From positions 3,564,014 through 3,628,013 of the forward strand of contig CM082597.2 in the NCBI GenBank assembly GCA_040954595.2: 64,000 bases of DNA. Reading direction: 5' to 3'. Under the pieces are notes generated by a model. That model was not told where the DNA came from and made no database searches. It saw only the letters and a list, made by a program, of their open reading frames with translations. Positions within the stretch are counted from its first letter, which is position 1. Every line of letters begins with the position of its first letter. Of the stretch, positions 1-11,878 are shown in pieces. Both the position numbers and the translations under genes were made by a program. The DNA comes from Balanoglossus misakiensis (Eukaryota > Animalia > Hemichordata).

Positions 1-175
1 AGGGTCTCCTATGCAAATTTAGCTACAGTTACCATGGTAAATTGAGATCTAATCATAGATGATCAGTGGGTGGCACACGCAAAAAATGAGTGCCACCATA
101 TATTCTTTAGAACACTCAGATATGGCGTTTTAGCCATTTATGGACATATGTAGAATGGAGGTGAGCGTGTACGGT
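1..175. mobile_element. Diverged copy (opposite orientation) of the TTAA-flanked MITE at 3882-4066
   Basis: Aligns by eye to the reverse complement of 3882-4066 (cagtgggtggcacacgc, tctttagaac, atggaggtga). Confidence 0.65.
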
Positions 176-2232
176 ACCTATAGGGTTATAGAAATGTTGA
201 TCATAAAAAAGCATGCCAAGGACAGGCAACACCAATAGTACACACTTATCTCTGGTAGAAGTGGGGTATGTTCACCTCCAAATGGAATTCAACACCAGCA
301 CATTCACCTTAGAACGTCTTCTCCACAACTCCCCTAAAATCTTTTACAGCAATTTTGTCGTATTCCATTACCATAAAGCACAGCTCAGCTTTGAACTTAA
401 CAAGCATGCCATAAATCGACACATGGTAAGGAAATTATCCTTGAACTTAGGTCGCGGGGAGATGGGACAAAATGGCATTTACATCGACGGCGGGATGATA
501 TTTCAATGTGTGAACTGTAAACACTTTTATGGACGTACCCACTCGACACTTTCCCTACGTGATAGGAAATATCTGTATTATATTATTTTGATTTATAGGC
601 AATGGTGATGCTGTTAGCCCGACCCCCCCCCCTTCCCCCTGCACAATTAGGTTGCACCGAATCTGCTACCCTTCACTGTTGACCGGTCATGATCTGGTGA
701 TCAGTATTCCCTTTTCACAAGGGTGTAGGCCCTGTATTTTCTTGGTTAAGTGTGATTCAGACTTCGATCTCATAACAGGTCCCATGTGGTTTAAACTTAA
801 TACTGACCATGCACAAAAGTTGACTCAACGGTGAATAAATGTGAAGATACCATAAATTGTTTCACTGAATGCTCAATCCTGGCTGTCTACAATGTACAAG
901 CACAGAACCAATGAGTACAATTCACCAGTATTTTAGCGTCTTTCCAGTAGTCAAACAACAGGTACAGATTTTCATAACAAACAAAATGCATGAAAAAAAG
1001 CTAAAATGAGCAACTTCATAAGTTAAAGCCATGTGAATATTTTGACTAATGTTCTGACGATGTAAAGACAGATTTTCGAGGCGCATAACTACCTGCAAAT
1101 CAGCAAGGACAATTACAACCACATGCGATTATAGGATTATATTCATCGAAACCGACCTGAACTCACTGTATTGTACCGGATGGGAGGTATCAAGTGATTT
1201 ACGGTGCATATTTGATATGTCTTGAACGCCATTAATGTAGCAAATGTTGGTTTTCAACACAGAAATATTATAGTGACCGACATATGAAAGTCAGGGCCTC
1301 ACACTTACAGTGTGTAGGCCAAGAATGATAGCCATAGCTACTTGAACAGGTAAATGTCTGAAAACAGCAACCTGGTCATGATGATGTACCGTATACATGA
1401 TGGTGGTGATGTATATGCGTTGCATGGCAAATAAACAACAAGGGTCTTTATAACTTGTTCGCTTGTAATTTCTTTTGCAGACAAGTTTCTACAAATTACA
1501 CTTGTCAAAATATTCGCTCATCTCTTCATAACCTGGATTGCGCTACCAGTCTCAAAAGTTTAGTTGCAAAGCGTCGCAGACCGGTCCCATGCTACTGATG
1601 GGTTATTTATGACCCTCTGGATTTTTATATCAGGGTCAGGATACCCCCCAAAGCAGGGAATATCACACTGGATCCCTGAAACTGACACTTATATGACTAC
1701 AGCGCGGTCATCATTTTAACCGATCGGGTTTCTCTGGTTCGGTCGTAAATCTTCCCGTGCGTGGCTTCACTCATTATCGAAGAGTGGAACTCGGGGGAAA
1801 GTGCTTGGGACCGGAGACGTTGACCATATTCAAAGGACGTGAACCCGCAGGTTTTGAGAACTGAGAAAAGGGACATTTCATGATCATTGGCACACTATTG
1901 TGAGGTCTTCCCAAAAGTCACACACGTGCAGCCATCCAATCCAAAATCCCCCCATCAATAATTTCGTACATGCAGCGCATTATGTTAGATTTGCCCACTT
2001 TTAACAGATAATGGTGACTTCAAATTTATTGAATGTCCTATGTGAGTGATGCAGAGGTACACATTTGCAGAAAGAAGGGTGGAATAATGATAGTGATGAT
2101 CCATGCTCGATGATCCGTAGAATACACAAAACAAAGTTGCTGGAGAATAGTAACTTTGTTTCTTTTGAAATTGCATTAGAAATAAGACACGTTTGGGTTA
2201 ATGTATAATTTCTGAAAACAAATGAACCGAGG

Positions 2233-2280
2233 CCAATCTCCGTAAAGTTAGAGGGCCTCATTAATTAGGAGCCTATATAA
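2233..2280 (+). promoter_or_regulatory. Putative core promoter of SRCR gene (CCAAT and TATA box)
   Basis: CCAAT at 2233-2237 and TATATAA at 2274-2280, about 50 nt upstream of the ATG at 2329. Confidence 0.55.
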
Positions 2281-2328
2281 GATAATCTGCCAAGTCACAC
2301 AGTTACTGTTGCTGGCCAGCAAGCCAAG

Positions 2329-5300
2329 ATGTCGCACATTGGCTTAGTGCACGTTGTTGCCTTGGTAGTATTGTTGTACTCGACAGTTGATGCTGTAATC
2401 ACAAGCCAGAAAGACTGCGAGAATATAGAGGCTGACGACCTTTGCTATCGCACCGACATCTGCGCCTACGTGCTCACTTCCCCACGGAATGACGACGACA
2501 CCTGCCCAGAAATCTTCGAAATAAGTCAGAAAATCGACGGCGTGGTCGAAAACATCGATCAGATGTTCACCCAACTCCAAGAGACGTCGCAGAAGGCGGA
2601 CACGGCAGCCAGCCAACAGGCGGACCTGTTGGTCATCATCGCGCAGCAGCAGGCGAACGACGAGCAGCAGAGTCAGGACATCGAGGACCTGAAGGCCAGA
2701 ATGGACAACGTGGAGAGCATCGACCGGCAAGACCTGGTGGAGCTGTCCAGCAAGGTGGACGATCTAGAGCAGCAGCACGGCCAGGCCATCAGCGACCTGA
2801 CCGCTAGAGTGGTCACCCTGGAGAGCGAACTAGATCCCGGCGCGCTGCAGCTCCTCCAGACGAAAGCGGCGGAATTTGAGAGCGCGCTGCAGCAACTAAC
2901 CACAGACCACCAGCAAGAGCTGAACGACTTACAGGCACAGCTTCAAGTACAGGCCGCGCAGATCGTGGAACTTCAAAACCGAGCAGGTAAGCATCTGTGA
3001 CCGAAGCCATTGAATTTCATTATTGATTTTTACGGAGAAGGACGCATTTCTCGCATTTGTGCTGCCCCAATACCTGCCATTGTTGCATTATTTTCCTGGG
3101 TTTACTTTCAAACTTTTAATGGTCTAATTTAAAGGAGATAACTAATGGTTATACACAAACATATTATTAACCTCTGATTTGTAAGATATGAGAGCAAAAA
3201 TCTCGCCAAAATGATTAAATGGTTAACACCGATTATTCATTTTGGCGAGTTTTTCACTCTCGTGTCTACAGGTAGGATGGAAGTTATGTGTGTTGATTCA
3301 CTATATATCCACATGTAAAATAACATAAATGGTGTCTTGTATCAAACATAATTTTTGGAAAAGGGGCTGCGAGACAGAGACTTTTAACGTCCTCTTTCGC
3401 GTTTTATCCAGTTGAGGGAGAAGTGCGACTGGCGGATGGAGCAACGGAGTTCCAGGGCCGGGTTGAAATATACCACGCAGATCAGTGGGGAACAGTCTGT
3501 GATGACGACTTTGATGGTGTTGACGCACTTGTTATCTGTCGCCAACTAGGATACAGGTACTTGATGACTAATAGGTTTAACCCTTTCTGGCCAGATATCC
3601 TATATATAGGAGAAATTCAGATACGTTCCCAGAAAGCCAGGCTTGAAAGGGTTAATGCTCTATTAGCTGTATCGTTTCTCTATCTTTTGTGTTTTTGTTG
3701 TACATATCTATTGCACTTTCTTGTTCAAATCCCTTAAGCGCAATGAAATGCTCACTGAAGTTTCGCCCCCCCCCCCCTTTGTAAAGTATGTAAATGAAAT
3801 CTCTGTGTGTTCAACAAAATGTTGACTCCAATTTTTGAAGAGTTGTTGTAAATTCACACCAACATTATAGACCATGTTTAAAGGTATACAGTCACCTCCA
3901 ATTTACATACGTCCATATATGGCTGAAATGGAGTATTTGAGCGTTCTAAAGAACATATGGTGGCGCTCTTTTTTTCGCGTGTGCCACCCACTGAAAATCT
4001 GTGATTGGCTAGATCTCAATTTGCCATGGCAACTATAGCTAATTTTCCATAGGTGACCGTATACCTTTAATCGGGCATGTGTTCATCACTCTGCACACTA
4101 AATAGCGCCATCACCGACAGCACTATAATAATTGCAATGCGGAAGTACGTTGGGGGGAGGGGTCTGATTACCCCCACGGACAACTGCAGGCCAACCCTCA
4201 TTCTAATCGTGCAGATGCATCGACCTGACTTGGGTAGGAACATGGATCTAGAACATGGATTTTGACTGCAGCCAGGGCTGAAATAATAGACACGCAAATC
4301 ATACGCAAATTATAACAAGACTGTTATCTCTCTCAATTTACAGTGTTGGTACCCCCTATCAAGGCGGAATTTTTCCACAAGGACAAGAGCCTACATGGCT
4401 GGATAACGTCGCATGTAATGGCGGCGAACATGGCCTCATGCAGTGTGGCGGTAACGCCTGGGGAGATGAAAACTGCGGACACGGTGAAGATGCTGGAGTT
4501 GTATGTGCAAGTATGTTGCATCTATTTGAGGTTAACAAGGCTGTTTGCATTTTCTGATTGTACTTGGAGGACCAGAGTTCATGGTGACCGATATTATATT
4601 CCCTTGTAAACTTTGGTGCAAATTCACTGATTTTAGTGCAACTGGAATTAAAGGAAGCACTTAGAAAAGCAATTTAAACAAAATGATATGTACACCACAA
4701 TCAATACGGTGTGACATGCATTGACCATCGATCTTCCACTGGTTCGGTTAATTAGAAACAGAGTGATTGCATAAATTGTTAATTTATAAATTGTTGCAAG
4801 TTTACACAGACACATACCGGTATTGACGCGAAAGAAGCAATGGGTTTGTATATCCTTTGGGGTATGAGATACATTCATATCAGCATAGAATTCATTTCGG
4901 TCTAGACGACGAATGGATTTCCATTTTCGACTTGAATCGCGACATTTCATTTTTGGCAACTGTATATTCCTTCTTTGCATTTTACAGATGACAGATACGT
5001 CCGCTTGGTGGGTGGCAGCACTCCACGTCAAGGCCGCGTAGAGATATACTATGCAGCGGAGTGGGGCACAGTCTGCGATGACTCCTTCCAAGCTGTTGAC
5101 GCCGGTGTTGTGTGCCGCCAACTGGGCTTCAGGTAACGACATTGCTTTACTCTTTAAGGTATACACTCACCTATGCAGATTAAGCTACTGTTACCGTGGT
5201 AAAGTGAGATCTAACCAACACATTTCATCATCTCTAATTGCAGTGGTGGGACCGTACGTATAACATCAACCTACGGCCAAGGAGGCGGCAAAATATGGCT

Positions 5301-5855
5301 AGATAATGTTGAATGCGTCGGAACTGAAACCGGTCTCGGTGATTGTCCCAATAATGGATGGGAAATTCACAACTGTAACCATGGCGAAGATGTTGGTGTC
5401 GATTGTGACCGTAAGACAGCACATTTATTTCATAAGCAATCAGACCACCATCCTATAGTTTTAAAAACTTTTCTCCAGTGCAAGAAACTCAAAGCCACAA
5501 AGGGCATCAGTGCCAACTCGTGATTACAGAAAATACAGATGGAATTACAATGAGCTGCACATAATTAGAAGGAATGTATTCACCAGTCCAGCTGATAAAG
5601 AACAGCGATGTAGTATGCAGTGTAGCAACTATCATAAAGACAATAGTTAACACAAGGGAAGTTATTTGATTGAGTTTTGTTTGACATACACCCGGAGCTG
5701 CTTGTGTTGTCAGATTACCACATAGTGCCATGCAATATTAGTTAGCATGCATCAGAAAGTTGGTGTACATGAATGTGATTACTGATATGTTTAATTAGGT
5801 GAACTTGTCTGCAAAGGTACCTTAATACTGGTTACTATATTATCTTGCAGCTTAA
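2329..5855 (+). CDS. Secreted coiled-coil protein with two group-A SRCR domains (about 428 aa)
   Basis: Exons 2329-2986, 3412-3556, 4344-4510, 4988-5132, 5244-5410, 5851-5855, all GT-AG with consistent phase (1287 nt). Signal peptide [22 protein letters not shown], then a heptad coiled coil. SRCR motifs VRLADG..GRVEIY..WGTVCDD..CRQLG / [19 protein letters not shown] occur twice, each domain split into 145 + 167 nt exons. Confidence 0.9.
3581..3651. mobile_element. Short piggyBac-like MITE
   Basis: TTAA-CCCTTTC...GAAAGGG-TTAA termini in SRCR intron 2. Confidence 0.55.
3882..4066. mobile_element. MITE with TTAA TSD and AGG...CCT termini (Kolobok-like)
   Basis: TIRs aggtatacagtcacct / aggtgaccgtatacct flanked by TTAA on both sides. 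Related copies at 1-175 and about 5154-5213. Confidence 0.7.
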
Positions 5856-6647
5856 CATGGAAGCAGAATTTGTCCTGCGAAGAATGGGGTAGTCCAACCA
5901 ATGCTAGAGATGACAAAATAGACAGAGAAAAATATCATTGCTTGGACTGGTTGAAATCCTTTTCTTATTTAGATATCTAGTTATCTTCGACTTCAATACA
6001 GATATTGTAAAGCCAACTTTATGCATGCACCGATTCAAGCGCAAGAAAATGGAAAGTGGAATCATCATCTACGTCAACTTTATTTTACCGGTGATATTTT
6101 TCTAAACATGGAATTTCCATCTAGTAGAGATTATGCAGAGCGAAGCCTTTAGTCGCAGACCAAACTCAATGGAAATCAAGAAAATATAATGGCGCAATAA
6201 TGAATTCATTACCAATCAACAAAGAAGCATTTTAAACCCAAATGAAATATTCTTCTGGTTTGGTAATTCGAACTTCTACTTGAAGTATACGTCTTATCCC
6301 ACTTTCACTAAAGTTCACCTAAGAAGGCACTATTCAAATATGTACACACTTTAAAAAGTGGTGTGCAGGAGATAGACAATTTCAAAGGGTAAGAATGAAT
6401 TTATGTAATGATGATATAACTTTTCAATCGAATCTGTTAATGAGAACCCAATATTCAAATCAGAGATATTAAAACATCTGACAATAAAATCAGCACCTTA
6501 AAGCTGAATTCATTTCCACTTGAAGCATTGTCTAGCCTTGTATGTCATCGAGAATAAACATTACCCTAGTAACATAATTAACATTTCAATAGTCTGTATC
6601 TTGTGGTTATTGGTAAAGGATTTTTTATCTGCCCTATTGATGATCAG

Positions 6648-8034
6648 TCAAGCATTAGAATTCTCTGAAAGGTTAGGAAGAACTTGCAAGATGCTATATG
6701 CAGTGTCTATAGTAGTTTTCAGTTTCTCTTGAGGGGTCACGTCTTTCCGGGTGGACAGTGGCGGCGCGATGTCTGTACCCAGCAGAAGTTCGATGTTTTC
6801 CATCGTCTGCCCGATATGGGAGACGAACGCCACGCTGTCCTTCTGAACTACGAGATGAGCCCCGGCTTCCAAGCAGAACCGGGCTTCATTCAGGGATGTA
6901 TGGACTTGCCGCTTGCGGTCGTCGTTCATGGACTTCTCCATGTTGTACTCCAGCTTGATGTCGTACATGACCGCCTCCTTCTCCGCCTCCACATACTGCA
7001 GGGCGTTCGTCAGCAACTGCGTGAGCTGCTGGAATCCGACGGCGAGCTTCTGTTCTTCGTGTTTGTACCGCTCGTCAGCATCGCCGTCGTGGTAGTGGTA
7101 GTCTCTGCTCAGATTGTGCAGGGCGCCAGCTTTGGACCTCACTTCGTCCAGTTTCCCCAGAAGCTGCATCTGTTCCGTTTCCATCAGTTCTGTGAATGTG
7201 ACAAGTTTGTGCCCCGGGCCTTTATGCTCGCCATTCGTACACAAACTACACACCGACACCCTACACGACAAGCAGTAGGACACAATCCAGTGGTCGCTGT
7301 GTGTCTGACATGCCACTGGCTTCTCTGAGGGTATCCTCCTGGAATATTCTGCCAGTGGAACCACCTGGTGAGTCTGGGTGGCTGGTATGTTGGCATGCGT
7401 CCCACTACAGTCTTCGCAGAGTGCAAGACTGCATTCGAAACAAAAATGGCGGCTGTTTTCCTTCGCGCAGCCACCGCAGACTACAGGTATGTCCTCTTCC
7501 TCGTCGCGCGAGGGCACGCTACGATCTTTATTCGAAGAACTGGACAGGACCGTGCAGTCTGGCAATGAAGTGAGCCCCTCAGCTGGGAGGTTGTGCTTGC
7601 TGTCACACACAAAGCAAACAATTCTATCGCCTGTGACGAGTTCCTCAATACAAGATATGCAGAACGAATGGAAGCATGGCAAAATCTTAGGTTCAGTGTA
7701 CTCTTTCTTGCATTTTGGACATTTCAGGAACCTCTCCACATAAATCTCATAACAAGATTCAGACTCTGATTCTTTGCTGAGAAGTGCCGTTGATATTGGG
7801 CAATCGGGAAGTGAGGAGGCACCCTCATTTGGCAGCGAGTGCTTGCTATCGCATTCTGGACAAGCGACAATTCCATCAGACTTCTTGTTTTCCAGACAAG
7901 TGAGACAGAATGAGTGAAAACATGGTAATATCTTGGGATTATGATATCGACTCTTGCATATTAAGCAGGTCAGATGATCTGATAAAGTGCTACTGGTAGA
8001 TGGGTTGGACGCTTTGGTGTTCATAGGTGTATAT
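6648..8034 (-). CDS. TRIM-A RBCC exon: RING-RING, B-box1, B-box2, coiled coil (TRIM2/3/45/56-like E3 ligase)
   Basis: 458-aa ORF with two C3HC4 RINGs (CLIC..PKILPCFHSFCLTC..CPEC; CPKC..PKILPCFHSFCISC..CFVC), B-boxes (CGGC..FCFECSLALCEDC..H; CQTH..YCLSC..VCSLC..EH..H) and a coiled coil. Acceptor tttctttctag| precedes 8034. Confidence 0.92.
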
Positions 8035-8289
8035 CTAGAAAGAAAGAAATTCCAGTCTCATGATGCAAATACATAGTACATTCATGCACACGCACACACA
8101 CACAAAGAGACTAAAGAAAGTAATTTCCACAATTATTAACACAGTGCGTGGGATAAAATTATTAAAAGAACTGAAAAACTGAAATGACTGGTTATGCCAT
8201 ACAGCATTACAATCAACAAATAGTAAATCCAATATGGCCGCCAGGTCACGTGACTAATTAATTATTCACAAATCACTGCACATCTACTC

Positions 8290-11000
8290 ATTGACCTTGA
8301 CCACTGTAGCAAGTTTGAGAAGTCTACCTGTAGAATGTTGTTTACATTTTAACCCCCCACCCCAACAAGGAATTGCTTCCTACCCCTTCCCCTAACTTCT
8401 CTTGATTTAGTGTCTACCAACTATTCTATTATGAATTTATTCATGTCTTATTTATTAATGTTATAATATGAACCCCCCCCCCCCCAGGAATTGCTTTCTA
8501 CCTCTAACCCTCCCTTATCCTATTACAGTGTTAGCTGTAGTAAAGATTTAGAGGATTAAATTTGTTCATAATTCATGTAAATAAAAAATTGTTGCAGGTG
8601 TTATGAAAGAAATTCATACCCCCCCCCCAGCTGAAAAAACTGACCAGTCCCTTTCATAGCATAAATATGCTTGCCCAGGAAAATTGACCAGACACAATGC
8701 TTTCTATGTAGAAACACCCACCATAAAAATCAGTCTGTTGAGGCAGAGATCTGATCGGACGATTGATGCCAAATTGAAAACTATAACGTTCAAATACACA
8801 GTTAAATGAATTTAGACAAAAGCCTGGGGTGTTGCACTGACCTGCGTTAGCAGATCCCGTGAGGAGTACGGTGCCCAGAGTGCATACACCCGTAAGCTTC
8901 TGTAAACCCTTTTTATAAAATTAAAACGATGGTCCCCAAAACAGAATTCATCGACCAAGCCCGACAACAGCGTGGATCCAGACCTCCTCCCCATCACTTC
9001 TTTTGATTGGCTATGTCTACCAAGTATAGTAATGACTTGTATTCTGAATTGATTCATGTCTTATTTAATTTAAATTTATGTATATATGCAAATTGTAACT
9101 CATTCACCAACAGAATGTTGGCTTAACATGAACCCCCCCCCCCCAACCAGGAATTGCTTCCTACCCCTCCCCTTCACTACTCTTTATTTACTATGTCTAC
9201 CAACTATAGTAATGACTTGTATTCTGAATTGATTCATGCATTTAATATATTTAAATTTATGTATATATGCAAATTGTAACCCATTCACCACTACATTGTA
9301 GAATGTTGTTAACATTTGAACCCCCCCCCCCAACAAGGAATTGCTTCCTACCCCTCCCCCTTATCTTCTCTTGATTTACTGTCTACCAACTATATTAATG
9401 TCTTGTATTATACAGTATAATTCTCACCAGAAAAATGGATGAGACTTGTAATGCAATAAAAAATACCCATATCACTTGTATTCTGAATTGATTCATGACT
9501 TATTGTAATTATTTAAATTTATGTATATATGCAAATTGTAACTTATGCACAACTAGAATGCTGTTTAAATATGAACCCCCCCCCCCCAAAAAAAGGAATT
9601 GCTTCCTACCCCTCCCCCTAACTTCTCTTTATTTACTATGTCTACCAACTATAGTAATGACTTGTATTCTGAATTGATTCATGTCTTATTGTAAATTATT
9701 GAAATTTGTTCATAATTCATGTAAATAAAGAATTGTTGCGGGTGTTATGAAAGTAATTCATATTGCCCCCCCCCCCAAGCTGAAGAAACTGACCAGTCCC
9801 TTTCAGAGCATAAATATGCTAATTGCTTGCCTATGAAAATTTACCAGACACAATGCTCTCATGTAGAAACACCCACCATAAAAATCAGTCTGTTGAGGCA
9901 GAGATCTGATCGGACGGTTGATGCCAAAATGAAAACTATAACATTCAAATACAGTTAAATGAATTTAGACAAAAGCCTAAGGTGTTGCGCTGACCTGCGT
10001 TAGCAGATCCCGTGAGGAGTACGGTGCCCAGAGTGCATACACCCATAAGCTTTTGTGGCCTCTTTTTAGCATATAACATACAAACGATGGTCCCCAAAAT
10101 TCATGTCTTATTTAAATTATTTAAATGTATGTATAGATGCAAATTGTCACTGTAACTCATTCACCCCCAGAATGTTGTTTACATTTAAACCCCCCCCCAC
10201 ACAAACAAGGAATTGCTTCCTACCCCTCCCCCTTACTTCTCTTGATTTACTGTCTACCAACTGTAGTAATGTCTTGTATTATACAGTATAGTTCTCACCA
10301 GAAAAATGGATGAGACTTGTAATGCAATAAAAAAAATACCCATATGACTTGTATTCTGAATTGATTCAGGTCTTATTGTAATTATTTAAATTTATGTATA
10401 TATGCAAATTGTAACTCATTCACCACCAGAATGCTGTTCACGTTTGAACCCCCCCCCCCCAACAAGGAATTGCTTCCTACCTACACCCCCCCCCTTATCC
10501 TATTACAGTGGTAGCTGTAGTAAAGTTTCAGAGGATTAAATAATTCATGTAAATAAAGAATTGCTGCAGGTGTTATGAAAGAAATTCATACTGCCCCCCC
10601 CCCCCCAGCTGAAGAAACTGACCAGTCCCTTTTTTTAGAATAAATATGCCAATTGCTTGCCTAGGAAAATTTACCAGAAACAATGCTTTCTATGTAGAAA
10701 CAACACCCACCATAAAAATCAGTCTGTTGAGGCAGAGATCTGATCGGACGATTGATGCAAAAATAAAAACTATAACGTTCAAATACACAGTTAAATGAAT
10801 TTAGACAAAAGCCTAAGGTATTGCACTGACCTGCGTTAGCAGATCCCGTGAGGAGTACGGTGCCCAGAGTGCATACACCCGTAAGCTTTTGTGAACCCTT
10901 TTTACAAATTAAAAATGATGGTCCCCAAAACAGAATTCATCGACCAAGCCTGACAACAGCGTCGATCCAGACCTTGGCGAAATTAGAAAGGGGCTTCTGA
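8290..11000. repeat. Higher-order tandem repeat array in the TRIM-A intron
   Basis: Three long units marked by gatcccgtgaggagtacggtgcccagagtgcatacacc (about 8853, 10005, 10841). They are interleaved with at least 6 subunits of about 180 bp containing poly-C plus aggaattgcttcctacc. Confidence 0.85.
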
Positions 11001-11633
11001 TACCCAACTAAGCCTAACAATCCCACCGCTGCAACTAATTGTGACGAAGCTTCGGACAAACAGCATCTAAGGCGGACCGGACGTGCCTTTGAGAAGCAGA
11101 GCTTGTTTGTCACTCGAAACACACTCGAAAGCAAGACTCTCAGACAAAATTTCAGCGACTACCGACCCGCTAAGGTCACCCGACTTAGATCTCACGATCG
11201 GTGACCTGAGCTGGCTTTCCAGGAGGAGGCAAGCGGACAAAATTAGGTAAATTTACACGGAGCTGAATCTCCACGTTGTTCCTCCAGCCATTTCTCCTCC
11301 GGAATGCGTCAATATCAGGAAAATCACGTGGCCCAGAACGCACTTCTGATTGGTGTACGACAGGATATCGGATATATGATATCAGCCGCCAAGGGCGTGA
11401 TAGGAAACTTCCTAGCCATGTGCCACAACGTACAAGCCATCTTAGCAACGGTCACCACAGCAACACCGTTATGCAGATGAAGCCATACAAAAACACCATA
11501 CCACACTGAGCAAGATTGAACAGCAGTTCCATAATTTATGCAATGGTATCCCCGCTCCGTTGCCATATATACTTTGCTAAGGTCATCATCTACTTTTCGC
11601 ATCACTTGCAATAGGCCTGAACGACAAACTTAC

Positions 11634-11878
11634 CTTTCCCCTTCCGTTTCTTCCAGACTCGTGTAAGCGTTTGCTTCTGTGTAAATGTGATCCAGCTCAC
11701 AGTAAATCGGATTGTCAGCCCCGTCAGATACGACGCCTGGGTCATCGGTAACCAAGACAACATCTCCGTGTCGCCTGCCATGTGCTCCCGCTGGTGATGC
11801 ACCACCCGAGAGCGCTCTCCCGTCGCCATTGGGCGGCAGTCCTCTGTCCGCGGACTCGGTTGATGTGATACAACCCAT
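11634..11878 (-). CDS. TRIM-A first coding exon: MGCITS lipidation motif plus Tyr-motif tail
   Basis: ATG at 11878; perfect donor AG|GTAAGT at 11633 (phase 2) matches the phase-2 acceptor at 8035 (AG+A TAT ACA CCT ATG). The joined CDS is 1632 nt (543 aa). Confidence 0.75.

Noticed and set aside
213-1600. 131-aa ORF and scattered splice-like sites at the window start
   Set aside because: No recognisable domain and no consistent exon chain could be built.
1650-1880. NF-kB-like GGG...TTC sites upstream of the SRCR gene
   Set aside because: None fits the full consensus; chance-level matches.
2344-2730. Antisense ORF over SRCR exon 1
   Set aside because: Shadow of a GC3-rich coiled-coil coding strand.
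6684-7743. Plus-strand ORFs up to 214 aa over TRIM-A (and similar ones over TRIM-B)
   Set aside because: Antisense shadows with no domain features.
11185-11611. Short ORFs in the TRIM-A intron as extra exons
   Set aside because: No convincing phase-compatible splice pair was found; the direct splice is already in frame.
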